DNA of 24,000 nt from Candidatus Moraniibacteriota bacterium (GCA_043743535.1 JAYTWI010000021.1:1-24000); one strand, 5' to 3'; shown: positions 8,896 through 16,126, counted from the first letter of the stretch. Notes: generated from the sequence alone by a model not told the origin. Program-made: numbers and translations.

Positions 8896-9339
8896 TTATC
8901 CTCGCATAGCACGCTCTATCCGACGCTTGGCTTCACGCTTGCCTATATCAGCCCGACGGTCATATTCTTTCTTGCCACGGCCTATCGCAAACTCTAGTTT
9001 GACAAGTTGCTTCTTAGTATACAACCGAATAGGGACGAGTGTCAAGCCTTCTGTGCGGTATTTTCCGATGAGAGAGCCGATTTCCCGTTTGCGTAACAGG
9101 AGCTTTCGTGGCCTACTATCTTCGTGCTTGGTGTCACGGTGGGCCTGGGCATAGCGAGGGATCAGAGCATTGGTCAAGTAGAGCTCACTTCCTTTGACCG
9201 TGACAAAGGCGCCTTTCAGGCTGGCATGGCCTGTTTTGACGCTTTTTACTTCAGCACCAGTCAATACCAAACCAGCCTCGAAGTGTCCTTCCAGAGCGTA
9301 ATCAAAAGTGGCTCGTTTGTTCCTGGCGATGGTTTTCAT
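8896..9339 (-). CDS. smpB: SsrA-binding protein
   Basis: MKTIARNKRATFDYALEGHFEAGLVLTGAEVKSVKTGHASLKGAFV...GLTLVPIRLYTKKQLVKLEFAIGRGKKEYDRR. Confidence 0.96.
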   Translation of the reverse strand: MKTIARNKRATFDYALEGHFEAGLVLTGAEVKSVKTGHASLKGAFVTVKGSELYLTNALIPRYAQAHRDTKHEDSRPRKLLLRKREIGSLIGKYRTEGLTLVPIRLYTKKQLVKLEFAIGRGKKEYDRRADIGKREAKRRIERAMRG

Positions 9340-9403
9340 AGGCTTGTAGCACCCGTACTTTCCCACATTTGGCTCAAATAAGCAAGCAATTGCGAAAAGT
9401 ATT

Positions 9404-9432
9404 GACATAACAGGTTAGATATGCTATAATTA
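9404..9432 (+). promoter_or_regulatory. consensus sigma70-type promoter
   Basis: TTGACA (9404-9409), 17-nt spacer, TATAAT (9427-9432). Confidence 0.85.
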
Positions 9433-9519
9433 AAAAATAATTTGAGGTGGTGAAATATCCCTTAAATTATGGAAATTGTTCTTTGATAAACGAGATTTAG
9501 CGAAAAAAATTCTCTTGTT

Positions 9520-9626
9520 CTCCTCTCTTCGTGAGTAGCACAGTGGATGTCTAAAAAGATTTCTAGTATGCTACTCATGTCGAGGAGCCCTTAATGCGGG
9601 GATCGCATTATTTCACGCTCACGGCC
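9520..9626 (+). promoter_or_regulatory. structured leader element, copy 1 (SD-sequestering hairpin)
   Basis: 59 nt (9531-9589) identical to copy 2. TGAGTAGCA/TGCTACTCA stem with outer CTCCTC/GAGGAG pairing; second hairpin TAATGCG-GGGAT-CGCATTA; shared tail TTTCACGCTCACGGCC. Confidence 0.8.
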
Positions 9627-9725
9627 ACAGGCCACGAGCAAGAAAAAACAGGAGAAAGAAAATGGAAAGTCTTCAATATTCAGACGGAATCGGTTCCCGT
9701 GGACGGAACCCGTTTCTTCTCTTAG
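9594..9725 (+). CDS. possible leader peptide (43 aa)
   Basis: GAGGAG SD, 6 nt, ATG; MRGSHYFTLTATGHEQEKTGERKWKVFNIQTESVPVDGTRFFS*. The N-terminus matches MRSTHNFTLTA at copy 2; overlaps the next ORF out of frame. Confidence 0.45.
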   Translation: MRGSHYFTLTATGHEQEKTGERKWKVFNIQTESVPVDGTRFFS

Positions 9726-10660
9726 TGAAAGGAGATGAAGTTATCGTCTTCCGCGGACAGAGCATTCCCGGTGTGGTAGTGGTGCGAGGCACCGACTACA
9801 CCAAGAATGGTAAGTGGTCGCACACCACTTACCGGCTCCAGTTGGCGGACGGAATCCGCCACATCGTGGGACGGAATGGCTGGGAAACTAGTCGCTTCGT
9901 GGAAGGACTCGCTTTAGCGGTTGGTTGTGCTACGCCCGACACGTGGGCGGACACGGCCAAGGCGTTAGGGATTTCGGTTCCGAGCGCGATGGAGTTCTTG
10001 CGGAGCTGGAGGCAGCAGGAGGCCGAGAAGTTGGACGAGATCGAGCAGTCGTTGGCGAAACTCGAGGAAGTTTCCAAAAAGAAAACTGACTCGGTGATCG
10101 TCACGGTAAGCTTCGGCTCGCCGACCAATCACGCCGTGCGAGAAGGCTACTGGGAATCCCCCAAGTCTATCCCCGGCTACAACGCGGAGATTCGTAAGAT
10201 CGACGCGAGCGGAAGCTGGATCGAGGGGAACATCGTGGTTATCGGGATTTCCGGCACCGTTCTCTCTGTCAAGTACTCGTCCGGCATGCACGGCGGATAC
10301 TACGGAGTCTCCGTCGGGGTGATTCCGGGAACGGAAACCGAGATCCCGCCTTTCGAGACCGCCCGTGAAAAGGCGGCGACGGAAAGCGGACTGCCCAAGA
10401 ATCTCTTCCGAGCCTTCAACGGCGACGAGGAGCGAATTCGCGAGTTCATGGCAAAGGTCGCAAGACTGGATGCCGGAAAACTCGACGAGCACGAGTTCTC
10501 GTGCGGTCGGGCACGCAAGAGCGCGGAAGTGATTCGCGTCTCCGGCGACCTGGAATTCTTCCTCGGTGCTGATCCGTTGGAAGTTTGCGGGTATATCGAG
10601 GAGGTTCACTTCCCCTCGAACGCGCCCAAGACTTCCGACCCCCGAGGCCTCGTCGGCTAG
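9662..10660 (+). CDS. hypothetical protein (332 aa), family not recognised
   Basis: ORF with AGGAGAAAG Shine-Dalgarno before ATG 9662; coding-like composition; no known motif. Confidence 0.75.
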   Translation: MESLQYSDGIGSRGRNPFLLLVKGDEVIVFRGQSIPGVVVVRGTDYTKNGKWSHTTYRLQLADGIRHIVGRNGWETSRFVEGLALAVGCATPDTWADTAKALGISVPSAMEFLRSWRQQEAEKLDEIEQSLAKLEEVSKKKTDSVIVTVSFGSPTNHAVREGYWESPKSIPGYNAEIRKIDASGSWIEGNIVVIGISGTVLSVKYSSGMHGGYYGVSVGVIPGTETEIPPFETAREKAATESGLPKNLFRAFNGDEERIREFMAKVARLDAGKLDEHEFSCGRARKSAEVIRVSGDLEFFLGADPLEVCGYIEEVHFPSNAPKTSDPRGLVG

Positions 10661-10726
10661 TGGTAACACCATGCTCGGCGACGCACTCCGCAAAGCCGAA
10701 CTCCGCTAGTCTCGTATTTCCAGCTT

Positions 10727-10751
10727 GAGGGTCTGGATTAACAAAACCCTC
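10727..10751 (+). other. short hairpin abutting the ribozyme
   Basis: GAGGGT-13 nt-ACCCTC. Confidence 0.5.
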
Positions 10752-10802
10752 TCTGTTTCGGAATGTTTATTCCGACTGATGAGCTCAAAAGAGCGAAACA
10801 GA
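10752..10802 (+). ncRNA. hammerhead ribozyme, type III topology
   Basis: Stem III TCTGT/ACAGA (10752-56/10798-802), GTT^ cleavage site (after 10757), stem I TCGGAAT-GTTT-ATTCCGA, core CTGATGA (10776-82), stem II GCTC-AAAA-GAGC, core GAAA (10795-98). All invariant core bases are present. Confidence 0.92.
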
Positions 10803-10831
10803 TTGCACTTTGTAAAAAATAAGTTTTTCCT

Positions 10832-10932
10832 CTCCTCGTGAGTAGCACAGTGGATGTCTAAAAAGATTTCTAGTATGCTACTCATGTCGAGGAGCCTCGG
10901 TGCGGAGCACGCATAATTTCACGCTCACGGCC
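10832..10932 (+). promoter_or_regulatory. structured leader element, copy 2 (SD-sequestering hairpin)
   Basis: 59 nt (10838-10896) identical to 9531-9589; CTCCTCG/CGAGGAG and TGAGTAGCA/TGCTACTCA stems; start-codon hairpin GTGCG/CGCAT; tail TTTCACGCTCACGGCC (10917-10932). Confidence 0.8.
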
Positions 10933-11055
10933 AACCTACCCGCCACCCTCAAATTGCAGAGTGTTCGGATTCAAATGGGAACTTATGGAACGCTCGACAC
11001 AGTTCTTTCGATTCATCTATCGGCTCAGTTTCGAGCCAACAACTGGAGCAGCTCT

Positions 11056-11604
11056 ATGTCAAAGATTTCCGCTTCCTTTATTGCCGCTGTGGGTTTCTCA
11101 GCTATCTCTCTGGCGGCCTCCTCGGTCTGCGCGGCAAAAACAGAAAGCGCTCCGCTCTCGCCTGTCATCAGGGTGGAAGTCCAGGGGAAAGATATGATGT
11201 TGGCTCAAATGGGCAGGGACGGCGAGCCAATGATTCATGTCTTTGCTCGGTCTCCCAACCAAGCTGACGGCACCGAGCAGCTCTTTCGCAAGATCACTGC
11301 CGTGCTGCTGGGCAGTGGCTATCAGTGGAGGGGCAGCGACCAGTCGCTTGACAAAAACATTTGGTGCAAGGTCGAGACGACTTCCGTCCCGATGAAGGTA
11401 TCTTCGAAGGTATCTTCCCCGGCTGCCCTTGTGGCTGATGTCAGCTGCAACTTGAAAATCAGGGAAGGTAAATCGAACGACAAGACCCGCGTCATAAGGC
11501 TTGTCCAGTTTGGGTCTGGACCCAATCTCGACGACGGGGTGGCTCTGATTCCGGGGCTCATTGCCGAAGCCTACGCCGAAGCGCAACGGCTGACGGCGAA
11601 ATAG
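11056..11604 (+). CDS. exported hypothetical protein (182 aa with signal peptide); alternative GTG start at 10900 inside the leader element
   Basis: MSKISASFIAAVGFSAISLAASSVCAAKTES looks like a signal peptide; GGAG upstream of ATG 11056; the frame is open from GTG 10900 (MRSTHNFTLTANLP...). Confidence 0.7.
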   Translation: MSKISASFIAAVGFSAISLAASSVCAAKTESAPLSPVIRVEVQGKDMMLAQMGRDGEPMIHVFARSPNQADGTEQLFRKITAVLLGSGYQWRGSDQSLDKNIWCKVETTSVPMKVSSKVSSPAALVADVSCNLKIREGKSNDKTRVIRLVQFGSGPNLDDGVALIPGLIAEAYAEAQRLTAK

Positions 11605-11635
11605 TAGGCGCAATCGCCAAATCGTCCAGCTAACC

Positions 11636-11668
11636 GCCGGGTACCACATGATGGTGCTCGGCTTTTTT
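11636..11668 (+). terminator. Rho-independent terminator
   Basis: GCCGGGTACCA/TGGTGCTCGGC stem (11 pairs including two G-T wobbles) then TTTTTT. Confidence 0.9.
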
Positions 11669-11714
11669 CTTTGCATTTCTTTTTTTGTGCGCTAGGATTA
11701 GGGAGGATCAACCT

Positions 11715-12752
11715 ATGAGTGAATTAGCACATCAATTACGGAACCATTTGAATAAAGCCGAGGCTCTCGAACGTCTCAAACAAGAGCCTTTCCCACGGAG
11801 GGTTATTTCTTTCTACCGCTACGTCATCCTCGCCAACCCGCAGGCTTTGCGTGACGAGCTCTTTTCCGAGTGGGTGGAACTTGGAGTTTTGGGGCGGGTG
11901 TATCTGGCTACCGAAGGCATCAACGCCCAGATGAGTGTGCCTGAGTCGCAGTTTGAGAAATTTCAGGAACTTTTATATAAACGCAAAGAATGTACTGATG
12001 TGCCGTTTAAAGTCGGGGTGGAACAAAAAAAAGATGCTTTCTGGAAACTGACTATTAAAGTAAAGAAGCAGATTGTGGCTGATGGGCTCTCGCCTACGGA
12101 CTATGATGTCACCAATGTCGGGACACATTTGACCGCTCGACAGTGGAATGAACTGTCGGAGCAGTCAGGAACGGTGGTGGTCGACATGCGCAATAACTAT
12201 GAATCAGTCATCGGTCATTTTGAGGATGCACTCTGTTCCCCTGCCTATACTTTCAAAGAAGAACTGCCCATGGTGAAAGAAGCACTCAGGGGGCAAGAGG
12301 AGAAGAAAGTGCTCCTCTACTGCACTGGTGGCATTCGTTGTGAAAAAGCGAGCGCCTATCTGAAACACCATGGTTTTCAGAACGTCTATCAATTATACGG
12401 CGGTATCATCGACTACAAACACCAGATTGAGGCAGAGGGCTTGGAGTCAAAATTTAAGGGCAAAAATTTCGTCTTCGATGAGCGTCTAGGCGAGAGGATT
12501 ACCGAAGATGTACTGGCAAAATGCTATCAGTGTGACAGTGCTTGCGATGACTATACCAACTGTGCGAACCTTGAGTGTAACTTGCTCTTTATCCAGTGCA
12601 CGGACTGCAAAGAAAAATTTTCCGGATGTTGTAGTGTTAAGTGCCAGGCTGTTATAGTGTTGCCTGAAGCCGAACAGAGTAAGCGTCGGAAAGGGAAAGT
12701 GCTGTCCAAAAACTCCCAAGCTTTCAAGCAAAAAATCGCTGCCGCTCTATAA
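11715..12752 (+). CDS. trhO: rhodanese-domain tRNA uridine hydroxylase, TrhO/YceA-like
   Basis: YRYVILANPQALRDEL, GRVYLATEGINAQMSVP, DMRNNYESVIGHF, LLYCTGGIRCEKASAYL, C-terminal Cys-rich segment. Confidence 0.88.
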   Translation: MSELAHQLRNHLNKAEALERLKQEPFPRRVISFYRYVILANPQALRDELFSEWVELGVLGRVYLATEGINAQMSVPESQFEKFQELLYKRKECTDVPFKVGVEQKKDAFWKLTIKVKKQIVADGLSPTDYDVTNVGTHLTARQWNELSEQSGTVVVDMRNNYESVIGHFEDALCSPAYTFKEELPMVKEALRGQEEKKVLLYCTGGIRCEKASAYLKHHGFQNVYQLYGGIIDYKHQIEAEGLESKFKGKNFVFDERLGERITEDVLAKCYQCDSACDDYTNCANLECNLLFIQCTDCKEKFSGCCSVKCQAVIVLPEAEQSKRRKGKVLSKNSQAFKQKIAAAL

Positions 12753-12865
12753 TTTTTCCTGAGCAGAAAACCATCGGTCGTGGTTTTCGCGCTCACTTCC
12801 AAAGGTAACGAGAGACAGAATAAAGAAACTTTCTTTTTTGGCTTAGTTCCGCTATGATGGTCTAT

Positions 12866-14581
12866 ATGGATGAAAATATTCACGAAAAATTAGGACGCGA
12901 GATTGAACGAATAGCTAACGAGCTTATTGCTAGCAAAGTTGGCGAACACTATCTTGTTGCTGACTCAGTTGAACTTGTTGCTGACTCAGTTGAACGATCA
13001 TCAAACAAAATTTTTGGTGATTATACCAGTAATGTTGCTTTGCTTATTGCTGGTCGTCTGAGAATGTCTCCGCAAGACGTTGCGGCTCTCATGAGAGAGA
13101 AGTTTTCTCTTCCAGAAATTGAAAAGATCGAAGTGGCTGGTCCGGGCCATCTGAATTTTTTCTTGAGTCAGGAATTTTTTTCACGTACGGTGGAGGATAT
13201 TCTTGAACAGAAAAAACAGTACGGAAGTTCGTCTATAGGTATTGGAGAAAAAGTGAACAATGAATTTATTTCAGCCAATCCAACTGGACCACTTCATCTC
13301 GGGAATGCGCGTGGGGGATTTTATGGCGACGTACTTTCCAATGTCCTGCGTAAGATGGGTTACGAAGTGACGAATGAGTATTATGTGAATGACGCGGGGG
13401 AGCAAATTATAAAGTTAGCCCATAGCGTACTCAAAGACAATGAAGCAGTATACAAAGGTGATTATATTGATCAGATTGCTAATGAGCTTGCGGGAGAGAT
13501 CAAACAACGAATAGAAATTGTGAGGCCCTATAAAGATAGTGATGCTTTAGAGTATGTGATAAATTTTTTGTTTCCCATTGGTAGGGCGGTGACTGATAAG
13601 ATTTTGAGGAACTATATTGAACCGACAGTGAAAGAGAAAATGAGAGTTCATTTTGACAGTTGGGTGCGTGAAAGTTGGTTTTATAATAGTAGTAATCACA
13701 AATATAAAGGTCAGATCAGTAGAGCAATCAAAATCCTAATCGAAAAAGGCCTTACCTATAAAACGGATGACGGTGCTCTCTGGCTTAAAACAACGGACTT
13801 TGGTGATGATAAGGATCGAGTTTTAGTGAAACGCAAAGACCTTTATAAAAATAAGACCTATTTTGCTGCAGACTGTGGCTATCTGCTTTATAAAATTGAA
13901 AACAACTTTGATCTCTTAATAGAAACCTGGGGCGCAGATCATCATGGGTATATTAACCGTTTTAGGGCAGCGGCCGAGATGCTAGGTTTTAATCCAGAGA
14001 AAATTCGTTTCAATATAGTACAGTTGGTTAGACTTGTGAAAGATGGACAGGAGGTCCGGATGTCGAAGCGAGCCGGTAACGTGGTGACGATTGATGAACT
14101 TATCGAAAAAGTTGGGCATGATGTAGCGCGGTTCTTTTTCTTGATGTATGCCCCAGAAACGCATATGAACTTTGACCTCGGGCTGGCCGAAGAGCGTTCG
14201 CAGAAAAACCCGGTTTTCTATGTACAGTATGCTCATGCGCGTTTGTGCAGTATTTTACGCAAAGCAGAAGAAGAAAAAATTTCTTTCACTCAGTCTGATT
14301 TAGCGCTTCTGACGCACGAAAAAGAACGCGAGCTGATGCGGGAGCTATCATTTTTTCCCGAGTTGGTGGCGACTATCGCCTTAGAGTACACCGTGCACAA
14401 ACTGCCCCAGTATGCTATCCGACTTTCCGACAAATTCCATTCATTTTATGCTGCCTGCAAAGTGATCGACGCGGGGAACCCTGCCTTGACGGCAGCGCGG
14501 TTAGAGCTGATTGGGGCGACACGGATTGTTTTGGCAGAGACACTCATGCTTATGGGCATTGCCGCCCCGGAGAAAATGTAA
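12866..14581 (+). CDS. argS: arginine--tRNA ligase (start at 12854 or 12866)
   Basis: NEFISANPTGPLHLGNARGGFYGD, TWGADHHGYINRFRAAAEML, VRMSKRAGNVVTIDELI. Confidence 0.95.
   Translation: MDENIHEKLGREIERIANELIASKVGEHYLVADSVELVADSVERSSNKIFGDYTSNVALLIAGRLRMSPQDVAALMREKFSLPEIEKIEVAGPGHLNFFLSQEFFSRTVEDILEQKKQYGSSSIGIGEKVNNEFISANPTGPLHLGNARGGFYGDVLSNVLRKMGYEVTNEYYVNDAGEQIIKLAHSVLKDNEAVYKGDYIDQIANELAGEIKQRIEIVRPYKDSDALEYVINFLFPIGRAVTDKILRNYIEPTVKEKMRVHFDSWVRESWFYNSSNHKYKGQISRAIKILIEKGLTYKTDDGALWLKTTDFGDDKDRVLVKRKDLYKNKTYFAADCGYLLYKIENNFDLLIETWGADHHGYINRFRAAAEMLGFNPEKIRFNIVQLVRLVKDGQEVRMSKRAGNVVTIDELIEKVGHDVARFFFLMYAPETHMNFDLGLAEERSQKNPVFYVQYAHARLCSILRKAEEEKISFTQSDLALLTHEKERELMRELSFFPELVATIALEYTVHKLPQYAIRLSDKFHSFYAACKVIDAGNPALTAARLELIGATRIVLAETLMLMGIAAPEKM
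12953..12994 (+). repeat. 21-bp perfect tandem duplication inside argS
   Basis: CTTGTTGCTGACTCAGTTGAA x2 (12953-12973, 12974-12994), encoding LVADSVELVADSVE. Confidence 0.95.
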
Positions 14582-14601
14582 TACAAAAAAGATTTTTGAA
14601 A

Positions 14602-14757
14602 ATGATTTCACGCATACCGAGGAAATACCGCCACAAATATAAAAAGAAGCACAGCTGGGACGAGGAGCTAACTTTTTTTGTTTTCAAGTTGGTGACCACA
14701 ACTGTCCTCTTTTTCGTGGTAGCAGTGGGGGCAGATGTTTATCATTTGTTTCATTAA
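14602..14757 (+). CDS. small single-TM protein (51 aa), not in the ORF track
   Basis: MISRIPRKYRHKYKKKHSWDEELTFFVFKLVTTTVLFFVVAVGADVYHLFH*; basic N-terminus plus TM; fills the argS-phosphatase gap. Confidence 0.55.
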   Translation: MISRIPRKYRHKYKKKHSWDEELTFFVFKLVTTTVLFFVVAVGADVYHLFH

Positions 14758-14765
14758 GCAACAAT

Positions 14766-15335
14766 ATGGCTGAAACGATGACATTTTATCTGGTGCGGCA
14801 CGGTGAAGCGGAAAATAACGTTCGCCATATTTCTAGCAGCCTTCCTGAGAAAGAGAAGTATCCGCTGACCGAAAGTGGGCGACAAAAAGTTGCAGAAACA
14901 GCAGAGTATCTCAAAAAAGAAGAGATTGATGCGATGTTTTGTTCACCGTTGCTTCGTACCAAACAAACGGCAGAAATCATTGCCGAAGCCACCGGGCTGT
15001 CATTCTCAATCGATGAGCGCCTGCACGAAACTGGTATGGGTGTGTTCAATGGGAAAACACACGAAGGATTTATGAAAAAATATGGTGATCCGGTGCTTCG
15101 TATTAGCCCCGATTCTGCGGATGGGGTAGAAAGTTTTCTCGATATGCGCGGCCGCCTCACGGCTTTTTTGGCAGATATGCGAGAACAGTATCGGGGCAAA
15201 AAAGTGGTGGTGGTCTCACACGGTGATCCATTGGAACAACTCCATGGCATTCTTACGAACGAAAGTCCTGGTATTTCCGCTCGGGGTTGGTACCCGAAAA
15301 AAGGTGAAGCCACCAAAGTAGTGTGGGAAATATAA
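14766..15335 (+). CDS. histidine phosphatase family protein (phosphoglycerate mutase-like)
   Basis: TFYLVRHGEAENN, PLTESGRQKV, SPLLRTKQTAEII, VVVSHGDPLEQL. Confidence 0.9.
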   Translation: MAETMTFYLVRHGEAENNVRHISSSLPEKEKYPLTESGRQKVAETAEYLKKEEIDAMFCSPLLRTKQTAEIIAEATGLSFSIDERLHETGMGVFNGKTHEGFMKKYGDPVLRISPDSADGVESFLDMRGRLTAFLADMREQYRGKKVVVVSHGDPLEQLHGILTNESPGISARGWYPKKGEATKVVWEI

Positions 15336-15340
15336 AATGG

Positions 15341-15363
15341 AGCGCAGTGAGCGCTCTTTTTTG
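15341..15363 (+). terminator. Rho-independent terminator
   Basis: GAGCGC-AGTGA-GCGCTC then TTTTTT. Confidence 0.85.
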
Positions 15364-15446
15364 GCGGAAAGGGTAATGAGAGGGACTTCCATTTTTCTTT
15401 GTTTCATGTTAAAGTTTCTGGCATCACAATAGCAGAGAGGATTGCG

Positions 15447-15689
15447 ATGAGAGGCGTATTTCTTATCATTGCCCTTTTCTTGGCCGCACACCGTTGGTTT
15501 GCTGACCATGAAGAATTGAAGATCGGTCTTTTTGTACAGGAACAAACGGCCAAAAAACGGCCAATATTCTGTAAGGAACTGATCAAGCATGAAGGACTGT
15601 GTCGTGACACCGCTTCGTTGTGGCGACTCGCGAACGAGTTCATCGCTGGTAACCAGACCCCGAAAAAAGGTGCGGTACCACCTCGCTAG
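15447..15689 (+). CDS. small hypothetical protein (80 aa) with N-terminal hydrophobic segment
   Basis: AGAGAGG upstream of ATG 15447; MRGVFLIIALFLAAHRWFADHEELKIGLFVQEQTAKKRPIFCKEL... Confidence 0.5.
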   Translation: MRGVFLIIALFLAAHRWFADHEELKIGLFVQEQTAKKRPIFCKELIKHEGLCRDTASLWRLANEFIAGNQTPKKGAVPPR

Positions 15690-15713
15690 CAGCAAGCAAA
15701 AATGACGTAACAA

Positions 15714-15748
15714 AGGCAGCCAAAGCAGCGACTTTGGATGCCTTTTTC
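15714..15748 (+). terminator. Rho-independent terminator
   Basis: GGCA-g-CCAAAG / CTTTGG-a-TGCC stem followed by TTTTT. Confidence 0.85.
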
Positions 15749-15789
15749 TTTTGGTATCGTTCAAAGACTTAGTCGCCCAATACTTCTAT

Positions 15790-16068
15790 AAGATTTCTAC
15801 TGTTTAAGGTTGGTCACAGATGTCGGCACTTGGTGGTAGTGGAGCGGTGGGGTTGATTCGGAGTCGTTTCCCTGCTATATTGCTTCTACAAAGGCATTGA
15901 TGAGGCTATCACCTCGGAGCCGCGGGAAGAACACTCGAGAGAGTCAGTAAAGCCCGCCGGGTAGGCCCGTAATAGCCAATGAACAAGGTTCGCCAGTGGG
16001 CGAATAAAGCGAGGTGGTACCACGTTTTCGAACGTCCTTAGCACGATTTTTGTGTTAGGGATTTTTTT
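15790..16068 (+). promoter_or_regulatory. T-box leader, probable isoleucine specificity
   Basis: T-box core GCGAGGTGGTACCACG (16009-16024); GGCTATCACCTCGGAGCC with ATC specifier at 15908-15910; late region CAGTAAAGCCCGCCGGGTAGGCCCGTAATAGCCAATGAACAAGG; terminator hairpins ACGTT-TTCG-AACGT and CCTTAGCAC-GTGTTAGGG + T7; ileS downstream. The 5' boundary is approximate. Confidence 0.82.
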
Positions 16069-16126
16069 GTGTCTTGATTGTCACGGGGCTGTATTATTAT
16101 GTTGCTACGAATCTAAAGAATGTTGT

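Noticed and set aside
8694-8909. 71-aa + strand ORF
   Set aside because: Lies across the tmRNA and the smpB 3' end on the opposite strand; its sequence is explained by ssrA structure.
9473-9519. Possible second (degenerate) hammerhead before leader copy 1 (TTTGATAAACGAGATTTAGCGAAAA)
   Set aside because: Lacks the CUGANGA core and has no stem I or stem II pairing, so it cannot be called a ribozyme.
9531-10896. Leader repeats as integron attC sites, CRISPR repeats, a diversity-generating retroelement or transposon ends
   Set aside because: No R'/R'' attC boxes, only two copies about 1.3 kb apart, no reverse transcriptase, transposase, integrase or cas gene, and no target-site duplication seen. 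Position at gene starts and SD pairing fit a cis-regulatory RNA better.
15216-15764. 182-aa minus-strand ORF
   Set aside because: Overlaps the phosphatase gene and two plus-strand terminators; sequence lacks protein-like character.
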